A stretch of 64,000 bases of DNA from an uncultured Dermabacteraceae bacterium (GTDB taxonomy: Bacteria; Actinomycetota; Actinomycetes; Actinomycetales; Dermabacteraceae). The position numbers were made by a program, and so were the translations under genes. Shown here piece by piece: positions 26,036 to 35,788 of the stretch. Below the pieces are notes generated by a model. The model was given only the letters and a program-made list of their open reading frames with translations, had not been told where the DNA came from and ran no database searches. The stretch spans positions 177,086 through 241,085 of the forward strand of contig CAMILZ010000001.1 in assembly GCA_946223075.1 (NCBI GenBank). The letters run 5' to 3'. Numbering within the stretch: the stretch's first letter is position 1; every line of letters begins with the position of its first letter.

Positions 26036-28623
26036 AGACCCTCGCTCGCTTCCCGAAAGCACTGCTCGTTGTTGTGCTCTTGCCGCTCCTTGTCGCCGGT
26101 GTAGGCATTTGGGCGCTCAAAGACCGCGCGTCGGGCTTCGAAAACGTACCCGCTGCCGTGGTCAACCTCGATGAGGGAACGGAAATGGAGGTGGACGGGC
26201 AAACGCAAACCGTCCCCTTCGGAAGGCTTCTCGCGGGGGCGCTCACGCAGCCGGGCACCGTGGAGGGAGATGGTTCCGACGACAGCTCGGCAAACCTCGA
26301 CTCCACGGGCTTTGATTGGCAACTCACGACGCAGAAAGACGCCGAAGCCGGACTCGAGGACGGCACCTATTCCGCGGTCGTCGTGATCCCCAAGGACTTC
26401 AGCAACAACCTGGGAACCATGGGCAAGACCGATGCTCGCCAGGCCACCGTGATCGTCAACACGAATGACTCCTCGGGCATGCTCGACTCGATGGTGGGCC
26501 AGGCCATTACCCAGGTCGTTGCGAGCGAGTTCAACGTGACGATGACGAAGCAGTACCTCGAGGGAATGTACGTGGGCTTCAACAGCCTCAAAGACGGCTT
26601 CACCAAGTCCGCCGATGGCGCAGGTGAACTGTCCGACGGTGCGCACGAACTCGCCGATGGCGCGCAAGGCCTCGACGAGGGCGCCGGCAAGCTCGCCACA
26701 GGAATTGACGAACTGAATGGCGGCGTGGTCTCGCTCGACAACGGCGCGGGGAAACTCGCCAATGGCGTGCGCGGGCTTGATCAGGGCACGAAGGAACTCT
26801 CCGACGGTGCACACAAACTCGCGGATGGCACGGGCGCACTTGCCTCCGGAACGGACGGGCTCGCCGGTGGCGCGCACGACCTCTCGACCGGCCTCGGTGC
26901 GCTTTCCGATGGCGCACATAAAGTTTCCGGAGGTGTCGCCGAACTTTCCGAGGGAATCAACGGTACCGACGCGAAGCCCGGGCTTCGGCAAGGTTCCGAG
27001 AAACTCGCGTCGGGAGTTAACGGCGACGGGAGTGCAGAAAATCCCGGTCTTGCCGAGGGCGCGCAGCAGCTGGCAGACGGTCTCGAGCAGTACGCTTCTG
27101 GTCTTCCCCAAGCCCAGGACGGGCTCACCCAGGGGCTTCAGCACGGCATCGATCAAGCATTCGACACGGGCCGAGACGGCAAGCCGGGATTCGCGGAATC
27201 GATGCGCACACTCGCCGCGAGCTGCACGGAACTCGAACAGGCCTTGAGCACTGATCCTCGCCTTAGCGGAGACCCGCGTGTCTCGGCTCTCGACGACATG
27301 TGCGGCGGGCTCACCCAGATGAGCGAGGAAGGCGTGAACGGCGTGCGATCGGCACTCTCCGACCAGGTTGTTCCCCAGGCCGTCGACACCGTCTTCGAGG
27401 GGGACGGGTCGCGGGAGAACCCGGGCCTTACGCCGAGCGCGCGAAAGCTTGCCGACGGTGCCTCGGCCTCCGCCGACGCCGCTCCGCAGCTCGTGGACGG
27501 CATCAATCAGCTGAACGGTGGGATCGCGAAGCTCGGCGATGGCGCGGCGCAGTTGGCCCCAGGAGCGGCGCAGGTCGCCGATGGCATCGACGCCTCTCGC
27601 GACGGGGCAACGCAGCTTGCCGATGGCGCCGGAAATCTTTCGAGCGGCGCAGCCCAGGTCGACGAGGGTGCCAAGGGACTCGCGGGAGGGACGAGCGAGC
27701 TCGCCTCGGGCACGGGGCAGCTTGCCGAGGGTGCCGACGGGCTTGCGAATGGCACATCCCAGCTTGCCTCGGGCACCGCTCCCCTCGCGGAGGGCGCCCA
27801 TGGCCTCGCCGACGGCACGACTCAGCTTTCGGACGGCGCTCGCGGCCTCGCGGACGGCAGTGGCGAACTCGCGAGCGGCCTTCGAGACGGGGCCGAGGAG
27901 GTCCCGAGCTATTCCGAAACTGAACGCAAGCATCTCTCCGAGGTGAGCACGAAAGCCGTGACGCTTTCGACGACGCGTGAAAACGAAGCCGATGGCGGCG
28001 CGGTCGCGACGTTCCCCTTCGTCGCGGCACTCGGCCTGTGGCTTGGCGCCTTCGGGATTTTCCTCGTGTGGCCGGCGCTTCGCGAGAGGCTCCTCGACTC
28101 GGCCCTTCCCATGTGGCGGGTGGCTTTGCGGTCGCTTCGGTGGCCGCTCGTCCTCGCCGCTTGCCAGGCGCTCTTGGTGATCGGCTTGCTCGTGGCTTTC
28201 GGCGTGCCCGTGGCATCGCTTGCCTCGGTGGCCGCTATCACGGTAGCCGCGGCCCTGTGCTTTGCGATCGTGCATCAAATGCTCCTGACCGTGTGTGGTG
28301 CGCGAGTGGGGCGAGTGGTGTCAATCATCGTCCTCGTGCTTCAAGTCGTGGCCCTCGTGGGGATCCTCCCGCTCGAAAGTGCCCCCTCGCTCTTGCAGTC
28401 CCTCACTGCATTCATGCCGCTCACCGTCGCCTCCCAGGGCCTCGTGAGTGCTGCCCTCGGCGGTGCGATCGTCTCGACCGGAACCACTCTCGCGGAACTC
28501 GCCCTCTTCGCCGCCGTGAGTTTTGCTCTCACGCTCGTGTTCTCGCGCGGGGCACGCCGAGTGAAGCCTTCCTCGGCACCTCGACAGGCGCGAAGCGTAG
28601 GGGTTGCACGGGCCGCGGGCTAG
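26032..28623 (+). CDS. YhgE/Pip-domain membrane protein (ABC-2/phage-infection-protein family) with extensive internal repeats
   Basis: N-terminal signal/TM, a large extracytoplasmic region with ...VIVNTNDSSGMLDS..., a long repeat region, and a C-terminal 5-6 TM bundle. ATGA overlap with the MMPL stop. Confidence 0.8.
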   Translation: MKTLARFPKALLVVVLLPLLVAGVGIWALKDRASGFENVPAAVVNLDEGTEMEVDGQTQTVPFGRLLAGALTQPGTVEGDGSDDSSANLDSTGFDWQLTTQKDAEAGLEDGTYSAVVVIPKDFSNNLGTMGKTDARQATVIVNTNDSSGMLDSMVGQAITQVVASEFNVTMTKQYLEGMYVGFNSLKDGFTKSADGAGELSDGAHELADGAQGLDEGAGKLATGIDELNGGVVSLDNGAGKLANGVRGLDQGTKELSDGAHKLADGTGALASGTDGLAGGAHDLSTGLGALSDGAHKVSGGVAELSEGINGTDAKPGLRQGSEKLASGVNGDGSAENPGLAEGAQQLADGLEQYASGLPQAQDGLTQGLQHGIDQAFDTGRDGKPGFAESMRTLAASCTELEQALSTDPRLSGDPRVSALDDMCGGLTQMSEEGVNGVRSALSDQVVPQAVDTVFEGDGSRENPGLTPSARKLADGASASADAAPQLVDGINQLNGGIAKLGDGAAQLAPGAAQVADGIDASRDGATQLADGAGNLSSGAAQVDEGAKGLAGGTSELASGTGQLAEGADGLANGTSQLASGTAPLAEGAHGLADGTTQLSDGARGLADGSGELASGLRDGAEEVPSYSETERKHLSEVSTKAVTLSTTRENEADGGAVATFPFVAALGLWLGAFGIFLVWPALRERLLDSALPMWRVALRSLRWPLVLAACQALLVIGLLVAFGVPVASLASVAAITVAAALCFAIVHQMLLTVCGARVGRVVSIIVLVLQVVALVGILPLESAPSLLQSLTAFMPLTVASQGLVSAALGGAIVSTGTTLAELALFAAVSFALTLVFSRGARRVKPSSAPRQARSVGVARAAG
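26617..26992 (+). repeat. Coding tandem degenerate repeats (block 1) inside the yhgE/pip-like gene
   Basis: Iterated ~10-11-residue units such as DGAGELSDGAHELADGAQGLDEGAGKLATGIDELNGG...SDGAHKLADGTGALASGTDGLAGGAHDLSTGLGALSDGAHKVSGG. Confidence 0.7.
27442..27907 (+). repeat. Coding tandem degenerate repeats (block 2) inside the yhgE/pip-like gene
   Basis: LADGASASADAAPQLVDGINQLNGGIAKLGDGAAQLAPGAAQVADG...LAEGADGLANGTSQLASGTAPLAEGAHGLADGTTQLSDGARGLADGSGELASG, the same repeat family as block 1. Confidence 0.7.
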
Positions 28624-31600
28624 CAAAAGTTCCTCGAAGTCGTGGTCGCCTCGAGTGACTGCGGTTCGACGGCATCGGCGAGGAAACTGACAACGCCGTC
28701 CTCGTTGCGCTCGACGAGGCCGCGCACGCGAACCGCGGGTGCGGTGCGAAGAAGTGCCCTGTTGGCACTCCAGAACCCGTGCGAGCACACGACGTTGAGG
28801 ATGCCCGTTTCATCCTCGAGGCCAAGGAACGTGATGCCCGTGGCGGTCGCGGGTCGCTGGCGATGGGTGATGATGCCGGCCGTCCACACACGCGTACCGT
28901 GCTCGACTTTCTTGGCATCCTCGATGCGAAGCACGCCTCCCACAAGCGCGCTTTCGCGGGCAAGCGCGAAAGGATGGCGCGCAGGGGAAACTCCCGTGGC
29001 CCACGTATCGGCAGCCACGAGCTCGGCGTCGCTCATCCCAGGTAGCGTCGGGGCCTTCTGCGCGAAGGCGAGTCCGGGGATCATCCCGGGCTTCACGGCT
29101 CCCGCCGTGCCCGCACTCCAGAGGGCTGCGCGTCTCGAAGGCGCGAGTGCGTCGAGCGCCCCCGCCGTGGCGAGTGCCTCGAGTTGTCGTGTATCGAGGC
29201 CCGTGCGGTACGCGAGATCCGCGATCGAACGAAAAGGCGCGCGCGTGCGCTCCTCACAAATCTGCTTTGCGTGTGCGCGGGAGATCCCTCGAACCGATTC
29301 GAGCCCGAGCCGGATCACGGGGCCCCGCGCGGCTTCATGCCCCCGAACTTGCGGCGGGTGGGCGCCGTCGTGCGCCTTCGCGCGCGCAGCGAAGGTGTAA
29401 GCCGCGTGCTCGGCATCGAGCTCCAGGTTCGCCCACGCGTCGCTGCGGGTGATGTCCACTCCCCTCACCTCGACGCCGTGTCGGCGAGCGTCGGCAACGA
29501 GGGACTGCGGTGAATAAAACCCCATTGGTTGGCTCCGCAGGAGCGCGGCCGTGAATGCCGCGGGAAAGTGACATTTGAGAAACGCGCTCGCGTACACGAG
29601 ATAGGCAAAGGAATACGCGTGCGACTCGGGAAAACCGTAGCTCGCGAACGCGAGAATCTTGCGGTACACGAGCTCGCACTGTTCAGGCGTAAGGCCGTTT
29701 GCGGCCATGCCCTCAAACATCGATTCGCGCATCGCGGCCATTTTCCGTGTCGAGCGTTTCGATCCCATCGCGCGGCGCAACTGATCGGCCTGCGACGGCG
29801 TAAAGTTCGCGAGATCCACCATCATCTGCATGAGCTGCTCTTGGAAGAGCGGCACCCCGAGAGTGCGACCGAGGGATTTCTCGAGAAGCGGGTGGAGGTA
29901 GGTGACATTTTCCGCTCCGGAGCGCCTGCGCAGATACGGGTGCACGCTCCCACCCTGGATAGGACCGGGGCGGATGAGCGCGACCTCGACAACGAGGTCG
30001 TAAAATTCGCGTGGCTTGAGGCGTGGGAGAGTCGCGATCTGCGCACGTGATTCGACCTGGAACACGCCCACCGCGTCTCCGCTGCACAGCATGTCGTAGA
30101 GCGCGGGGTCCTCTTGCGGGATGCTCGCGAGGGTGAACGCTTCATCGTGAACGCGCGCGACGATCTCGAAGGCATGATCGAGAGCCGTGAGCATGCCGAG
30201 GCCGAGGAGATCGAACTTCACGAGCCCCGCATCGGCGCAGTCGTCTTTATCCCACTGCACGACGGTTCGGCCCTCCATGCGTGCGTGTTCGACCGGGACG
30301 ACATCGATCACGGGACGATCGCACAGCACCATTCCGCCCGAGTGAATGCCGAGGTGGCGCGGGGCATCGCGAAGCTGGGTCGCGAGGTCTTTCACGTCGC
30401 GTGGAATGTTCGCATCGCTCAGCGAAGAGAAGGAACGTTCGATTGTTTTCGCGTACGCATCCTGCTGCCCCACGCTGTAGCCGAGCGCACGCGCTGCGTC
30501 GCGTACCGCGAGCCTCGCCTTGTAGGAGATGACGTTCGCGACCTGCGCGGCGTTCTCGCGCCCGTACCGCTCGAAAACATACTGAAGGACTTCCTCTCGC
30601 CTATCGGCGGCAATGTCGACGTCGATGTCCGGAGGGCCGTCCCGCTCGGGTGCAAGGAAACGCTCGAAGAGAAGTCCGTGAAAAACGGGATCGACCGACG
30701 TGATGCCGAGGCAGTAGCACACGGCGGAGTTGGCGGCGGATCCTCTCCCCTGGCACAGGATTCCGCGGGAGCGGCAAAACTCGACGATGTCGTAGACGAT
30801 GAGGAAGTACCCGGGAAAGCCCAGATCAGTGATGACACGAAGCTCATGGTCGATCTGTTCCCATGCTCCCTCAACACGGGGATTTTCTCGCGGGCCGTAG
30901 TGCTTCTCGCCGAGGCGCTCGGTGAGGGTTCGAAGCCAGCTTTCCTCACCGTGCCCCTCGGGGGTGGGGGCTGGTGGAAGGTTGGGTGCGGCGAGTGAAA
31001 GATCGAAGGCAAGCGTTGACGCAAGGCTCGCGGCGGTGGTGATCGCGCGCGGATAGCGCGGGACGAGCTGGGTGAGTTCCGCCCCGCTCCTGAGGTGGGC
31101 AAGCCGCGAGGGAAGGTATGGATCGGCGTCGGCGAGGCTTCGCCGTGCGCGAAGCGCGGCGTGGGTGTCCGCAAGGTGCTTATTCTCCGGGCGTGCGTAG
31201 TGCGCGTTGGTGGTGAGGGCAACGGGAAGTTCGGCTTCACTGAGGCCGTGTTCCTCGCGCACGATGCGTGCGCCCTGAGCGAGGGCATCGTGAAGCTCTG
31301 ATTCGAGAGCCTCACCCGTGAGCGGAAGCTCGACGATCACGCGCGGCGGCCGAGGCACGTGAGAAGGCACGGCATCCACCGCGTGGAGCATTCCGGTTGC
31401 CTGGAGCGCAGCCTCGATTCCTCGCGCGGCAGCACATGCCGAAGCCTCTACATCCCCTTGCGGTAGAACCGCTAGAACCTCTTGCATAAAAGGCGATTTT
31501 CGGCAGCCCGTGAGTGCGACGACATCCCCGCTCGCGAGGGTCTCCCGCACAGCTTCGAAGCGATAAAGCGGCTCGCCCTTGCCAGGACCGGCGAGATGTG

Positions 31601-32159
31601 CGCGCGCCATAAGGGAAGAAAGCCGCCTGTACCCCGCGATTCCGCGAGCGAGAAGCACGAGGTGTTCGCCCTCGGGGTCGGCGCTTCCCGTGCGAGGAGT
31701 GCTCGCCGCATCGGAGCGAACTGGAACGGCATGGACGGACTTTCCCGTGAGCGCAGCCATGAACCCCGCGGGAAGCGTGAGCTCCGCGCCGTAGACGGTA
31801 GGAAGGGCGGCTTCGGACGCCGCCTTCATGAAGCGAATCGCCCCGTAAAACCCATCGTGATCGATGAGGGCCAGACCGCGAAGCCCAAGCCGAGCTGCTT
31901 CCTCAACCATGTCCTCGGGGCTCGAAGCTCCGTCGAGAAAACTGAAGTGTGAGTGTGCGTGGAGCTCGGCGAAGGGGATCTCGTGCCCACTTTCCGCCTG
32001 GCGACGGCGCGCCTGCCTCTCGCCCTCGCCGTTTTGCTCAGGCTTCTTGCCTGCCCCGGTATGGATGACGCGCACCGTGGGGCGCACGGGAACGGACCGA
32101 TCACTCAAAACCGCCTCGAGGTCGCGCCACGAGGGCGGACCGAGAAACCACTTGCTCAT
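28620..32159 (-). CDS. dnaE2: Error-prone DNA polymerase DnaE2 (ImuC), a Pol III alpha-subunit paralog
   Basis: 1179 aa. N-terminal PHP domain FAELHAHSHFSFLDGASSPEDMVEEAARLGLRGLALIDHDGFYG. Sits in the imuA'-imuB-dnaE2 arrangement. Its stop overlaps the yhgE stop convergently at a CTAG. Confidence 0.88.
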   Translation of the reverse strand: MSKWFLGPPSWRDLEAVLSDRSVPVRPTVRVIHTGAGKKPEQNGEGERQARRRQAESGHEIPFAELHAHSHFSFLDGASSPEDMVEEAARLGLRGLALIDHDGFYGAIRFMKAASEAALPTVYGAELTLPAGFMAALTGKSVHAVPVRSDAASTPRTGSADPEGEHLVLLARGIAGYRRLSSLMARAHLAGPGKGEPLYRFEAVRETLASGDVVALTGCRKSPFMQEVLAVLPQGDVEASACAAARGIEAALQATGMLHAVDAVPSHVPRPPRVIVELPLTGEALESELHDALAQGARIVREEHGLSEAELPVALTTNAHYARPENKHLADTHAALRARRSLADADPYLPSRLAHLRSGAELTQLVPRYPRAITTAASLASTLAFDLSLAAPNLPPAPTPEGHGEESWLRTLTERLGEKHYGPRENPRVEGAWEQIDHELRVITDLGFPGYFLIVYDIVEFCRSRGILCQGRGSAANSAVCYCLGITSVDPVFHGLLFERFLAPERDGPPDIDVDIAADRREEVLQYVFERYGRENAAQVANVISYKARLAVRDAARALGYSVGQQDAYAKTIERSFSSLSDANIPRDVKDLATQLRDAPRHLGIHSGGMVLCDRPVIDVVPVEHARMEGRTVVQWDKDDCADAGLVKFDLLGLGMLTALDHAFEIVARVHDEAFTLASIPQEDPALYDMLCSGDAVGVFQVESRAQIATLPRLKPREFYDLVVEVALIRPGPIQGGSVHPYLRRRSGAENVTYLHPLLEKSLGRTLGVPLFQEQLMQMMVDLANFTPSQADQLRRAMGSKRSTRKMAAMRESMFEGMAANGLTPEQCELVYRKILAFASYGFPESHAYSFAYLVYASAFLKCHFPAAFTAALLRSQPMGFYSPQSLVADARRHGVEVRGVDITRSDAWANLELDAEHAAYTFAARAKAHDGAHPPQVRGHEAARGPVIRLGLESVRGISRAHAKQICEERTRAPFRSIADLAYRTGLDTRQLEALATAGALDALAPSRRAALWSAGTAGAVKPGMIPGLAFAQKAPTLPGMSDAELVAADTWATGVSPARHPFALARESALVGGVLRIEDAKKVEHGTRVWTAGIITHRQRPATATGITFLGLEDETGILNVVCSHGFWSANRALLRTAPAVRVRGLVERNEDGVVSFLADAVEPQSLEATTTSRNFC

Positions 32160-32201
32160 GCGGGCCTCTTTTCACGCGCACCTGCGCCTCGCACGCTGGA
32201 C

Positions 32202-34019
32202 CTAGTCATAGAGCGCCTCGACTTCCCACGTGCGCTCCCGCGAGAGCAGCGCGAGCGCTTCACCGCTTTCGAGCACGACCTGAAGCCGCGCTCCCCTGCG
32301 GCTTCCCTCTCCCTCGCTCCACCACCGCTGATCGATGAGCATGGGGGCGCTGTAGTGCGCGATAGGGAGAAGCCTCTCGTAGCCGAAGTGGCGCAGCGCC
32401 GCGGGAAGAGGAGCGTACTCCTCACCCTCACGGTGCTCATCGCCGTGGCTCGCACCCGTTCGAGAACTCCTCACGGCCGCTGCATCGCGTGCGCAGGCGT
32501 GAAGATTTGCTACGCCCGCTGTATCTGCCGCGCGCTCGCTTCTCGCCTCGCGCATAAGGACGAGATGCGCAGGCACACCCGTGAGAAGGCCACGCGCACT
32601 CACGTACACCACTTGCCCCTCGCCCATAAGCTGCGCCGCAATCTGCTGGGTGAAAACCGTGGCGGGCAGCGGGCGCGGCAGAGACCCAATCCAGGGACCC
32701 TCGCGGCGCTCGCGCACGGGCGCCGCACGAAAGGGGCGTACCGCGATGGCCTCGCGCAAAAAACGCCCCTCCTTCTCGGCGGGCACGAGCACGGACCGCT
32801 CCCCCGCGAGTGACTGCACACGCGTGAGGGCGCGCGCGGCACGCTTCTCAGCCGTGCTGGTGTGCCCCCACAGTCCCGGGGCGTATTCCCCCACGCCTTC
32901 TGTGTGAACGGGGATGAGCTGGAGGTGCACGATGGGTCCCGCGGAAGGAGCGCCTTCGCGAGGCCCGCCGGGGCGGGAGGCTTCGCGCTCAGCTGCGAGT
33001 ACCCATCCGTCGCACTGCCAGCGGACGCGATCAACGACGTCACGAACACTCAAGGCCCCCTCGTGACGCCAGGTTCGCTCGACTTCGCTTCCGTTTTCGC
33101 CGCGCGCGACGATGCGTAGGCGCGTGCACGTAAGGCCGTGTTGACGCAGCGCTTCTTCGAGTTCCTCAGCGAGGGGGCGCGCGATAAACGCCGCCTGATC
33201 GACGCGTTCGAGTGGCGGATCGAGGTGTCGCTCAACGAGGATCGGTTGAGCTGGTCGCTTACGCTCCCCCTCACCGATCTCAGCCCCACTCGCAAGGATA
33301 TGGAGAAGAACCCCGAGGGCTCCGAATCGCTCGCTTACCGAGGTGCGAGGAAGCTCGGCGAGCGTACCGAGAGAGGTGATGCCGAGGCGGCGAAGCACGC
33401 CGATGAGCTCAGACACGTGCCCGGCCCCCTCAGTCACGCCCGGGACACGAAACCGCTTTCCGGCCGCCACGGGCGCATGCTCGAGCGATTCAACGGGGAA
33501 GGGGGCAAGAAAACGCGCAGATTCTCCCGGGAGCACAATGCGACCCGAGCGCGACGCGAGGATCGCCCCGAGCGGGCCATCGGCAATCCCTACGGAGCAT
33601 TCCCATCCCGTGAAGTCGGCGACGGCATCGATGAGGGCGCGCGCGAGCTCCGCCTCCCCTCCCGCGTGCCGCGCGGGCCCTCGCGCGTGAAGCAAGAGCG
33701 TTCCCGGGGAGAGAGGCTCGATCCCGGACGCGACCGTGTCGACTGCCGAACACACGCTTTCGAACACGCGCCACTCAGAATCGAGGTCCCGCTCCACGAT
33801 CGCGATACGCGGGCATAGCGCCTCGGCGGCACGCTTCTTCATACCGAGCGCCACACCGCTGTGTGCGGCCGCGGGGTTTGCGGCGACGACTCGATGGTGC
33901 TCCATGACGGCGATCTCGCTCGGTACTTCTTCGCCTGCGCGCTCATATCGCTCAATCGCAGCGAGTACGGGCCAATTCTCGATGAATACGCACGCTGTGC
34001 GCGTGGCCTGGGCTTTCAT
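32202..34019 (-). CDS. imuB: ImuB (Y-family polymerase-like, catalytically inactive mutasome component)
   Basis: Y-family fold: MKAQATRTACVFIENWPVLAA... then ...SVGIADGPLGAILASR. Lies between imuA' and dnaE2. Start uncertain; the track begins at 34184, and the ATG at 34019 gives an ATGA overlap with imuA'. Confidence 0.75.
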   Translation of the reverse strand: MKAQATRTACVFIENWPVLAAIERYERAGEEVPSEIAVMEHHRVVAANPAAAHSGVALGMKKRAAEALCPRIAIVERDLDSEWRVFESVCSAVDTVASGIEPLSPGTLLLHARGPARHAGGEAELARALIDAVADFTGWECSVGIADGPLGAILASRSGRIVLPGESARFLAPFPVESLEHAPVAAGKRFRVPGVTEGAGHVSELIGVLRRLGITSLGTLAELPRTSVSERFGALGVLLHILASGAEIGEGERKRPAQPILVERHLDPPLERVDQAAFIARPLAEELEEALRQHGLTCTRLRIVARGENGSEVERTWRHEGALSVRDVVDRVRWQCDGWVLAAEREASRPGGPREGAPSAGPIVHLQLIPVHTEGVGEYAPGLWGHTSTAEKRAARALTRVQSLAGERSVLVPAEKEGRFLREAIAVRPFRAAPVRERREGPWIGSLPRPLPATVFTQQIAAQLMGEGQVVYVSARGLLTGVPAHLVLMREARSERAADTAGVANLHACARDAAAVRSSRTGASHGDEHREGEEYAPLPAALRHFGYERLLPIAHYSAPMLIDQRWWSEGEGSRRGARLQVVLESGEALALLSRERTWEVEALYD

Positions 34020-34831
34020 CGATCCCCCGCTCGCACGAGCGTGAGTTTCGCGCGCGACTCGGTGGCGACTTCGCTCACGTGTGGGGTGGGAAGGGCTGTG
34101 CGTGGTGCACTCGCAAGTGCCCCGGCGGGCGTCGGAACCCGAATGCCGATACCCGAGCCGACCCCCGCAACGCCCCGACCGCACGCCGAGACGTGGGCGC
34201 TTCGGAGCCTGAGCCTTCCCGAACCGCGCGAAAGCCCCACCCAGCGCGAGGTAGAGGAACGCACGGTGAGATCACAGCGCGCTTTTCCCGCGCGAATGAG
34301 CAGTGTTCCCTGCGTGCGCGCGCGATTTTCCGCCGCCCGCCACTGCGCGGGTGTGAGTGCAAGATCTGCACCGAGAACGATCACGTCGATCCCGTCAATA
34401 AGCGCGGAGAGCACGGCGGAGAGCTGCGCTCCAGGCGCCGGCACGAGGGCAGTGCGCCGTGGATCCACGCCGATATCCGCGCATGCGGCGAGCCCCACAT
34501 GCGGCATGCCTACGAGGGCGCACCAGGACTCCTCCCCCATGGCTGCAGCCGCAAAGGCGAGGGCGAGCGAAGTTTCGCACGGTCCCGTGACGGCAATGCT
34601 GCTGCCCGCGCGCACTCCCCCGCTCGGCATGAGCGACGCGAGCGCATGGGGAACCGCGAACTTGCGCCCCCCGTGCCCGAGAGACCCGGCGTGCCTGGGG
34701 CCGCGTTCGCGTTGAGTTTTGGCCTCCGCCTTCCCAAGGATGGAGTGCGCGAGTGCGAGGCGTTGAGGATCTGCCGCAATGCGCGGTGCCGATTGAGCCT
34801 GTGCGGACATCGACCTTCCTTCCCACTCCAC
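34016..34831 (-). CDS. imuA': ImuA' (RecA/SulA-fold SOS mutagenesis protein)
   Basis: ~270 aa. RecA-like core ...SIAVTGPCETSLALAFAAAAMGEESWCALVGMPHVGLAACADIGVDP.... First gene of the cassette and directly preceded by LexA boxes. Start may be the internal Met (MSAQAQ). Confidence 0.7.
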   Translation of the reverse strand: MEWEGRSMSAQAQSAPRIAADPQRLALAHSILGKAEAKTQRERGPRHAGSLGHGGRKFAVPHALASLMPSGGVRAGSSIAVTGPCETSLALAFAAAAMGEESWCALVGMPHVGLAACADIGVDPRRTALVPAPGAQLSAVLSALIDGIDVIVLGADLALTPAQWRAAENRARTQGTLLIRAGKARCDLTVRSSTSRWVGLSRGSGRLRLRSAHVSACGRGVAGVGSGIGIRVPTPAGALASAPRTALPTPHVSEVATESRAKLTLVRAGDR

Positions 34832-34836
34832 GAACT

Positions 34837-34852
34837 AGAACACGTGTTCGAA
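34837..34852. promoter_or_regulatory. LexA (Cheo-type SOS) box 1 upstream of imuA'
   Basis: TAGAACACGTGTTCGA matches the actinobacterial consensus TCGAAC-N4-GTTCGA, with a perfect GAAC-N4-GTTC core. It is 5-25 nt upstream of the imuA' start; coordinates may be off by 1 nt. Confidence 0.7.
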
Positions 34853-34910
34853 TAGTAGGGGCAAGGAAAGCTCTAAATCAAGAGGGTTGCGCAAGCTTCC
34901 CGCCCCATAA

Positions 34911-34926
34911 TCGAACGCTTGTTCCC
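34911..34926. promoter_or_regulatory. LexA box 2 (half-degenerate) further upstream of imuA'
   Basis: TCGAACGCTTGTTCCC has a perfect left half-site TCGAAC, a 4-nt spacer, and right half GTTCcc. Confidence 0.45.
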
Positions 34927-34966
34927 ATTATGGGGAGGGGTGAGACATTTAAACTCGCACGCGCTT

Positions 34967-35788
34967 TCAGGCGCGCATGCACGCCTCGCGCTGCCAGAAC
35001 ACGACTGCGCTCGCAGCGGCCACGTTGAGCGAGTCGACACCGCCGCTCATGGGGATAATCACGCTTTCATCGACCGCCCGAAGAGTCTTTTCGGTCAGCC
35101 CGTGCCCCTCGGTGCCCAGCACGAACGCCACCTTGCGCGCCGCCGAAAGATCAACTTCGTGAAGGGGGCGGGAATTTTCCGTGAGCGCGAGAGCAAGCGT
35201 GTCGAAGCCATGCGCCCGGAGGGTCTCTATTCCCCCGCGCGGCCAGGAGTCCAGGCGCGCCCACGGAACCTGGAAAACGGTGCCCATCGACACGCGGATT
35301 GCGCGCCTATACAGGGGATCTGCAGCGGAGGGCGTCACGAGAACCGCGTCCACGCCGAGTGCAGCCGCACTGCGGAACATCGCTCCCACGTTCGTGTGGT
35401 CAACGATGTTCTCGAGCACCGCCACGGTGCGCGCCCCTTCGAGGACCGATGCAACGGAGCGCCCCACGGGCCGCTGCATCGAGGCGAGCGCACCTCGATG
35501 CACGTGAAAGCCGGTCGTCGCCTCGAGCTCCCTTTCAGAGCCCACAAACACCGGTACGTCTGGGAACCGGGAAAAGAGGGGCGAAAACTTTTCGAGCCAC
35601 TTCTCGCTCATCATGAACGAGCGTGGTTCGGCACCGGCCCTGAGCGCGCGATCGATCACGTTATAGCTTTCCGCCATAAACAGGCCGCGTTCGACCTCGA
35701 GACTTGACCGAAGCTTGACATCGGTCATCGACACGTAGTCGGCGAGCAGCGGATGCTCCGCGTGCGCGCTCATCGAGAGAAGGGTCAT
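34967..35788 (-). CDS. SpoU/TrmH-family RNA 2'-O-methyltransferase
   Basis: SPOUT motifs ...VAVLENIVDHTNVGAMFRSAAALGVDAVLV... and ...KVAFVLGTEGHGL...VIIPMSGGVDSLNVAAASAVVFW. Confidence 0.8.
   Translation of the reverse strand: MTLLSMSAHAEHPLLADYVSMTDVKLRSSLEVERGLFMAESYNVIDRALRAGAEPRSFMMSEKWLEKFSPLFSRFPDVPVFVGSERELEATTGFHVHRGALASMQRPVGRSVASVLEGARTVAVLENIVDHTNVGAMFRSAAALGVDAVLVTPSAADPLYRRAIRVSMGTVFQVPWARLDSWPRGGIETLRAHGFDTLALALTENSRPLHEVDLSAARKVAFVLGTEGHGLTEKTLRAVDESVIIPMSGGVDSLNVAAASAVVFWQREACMRA

Noticed and set aside
26617-27907. CRISPR array or other non-coding tandem repeat
   Set aside because: The periodicities are degenerate, in-frame, and lie inside a long ORF with conserved YhgE/Pip termini. 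They are coding repeats, not spacer-repeat units. No cas genes are present in the window.
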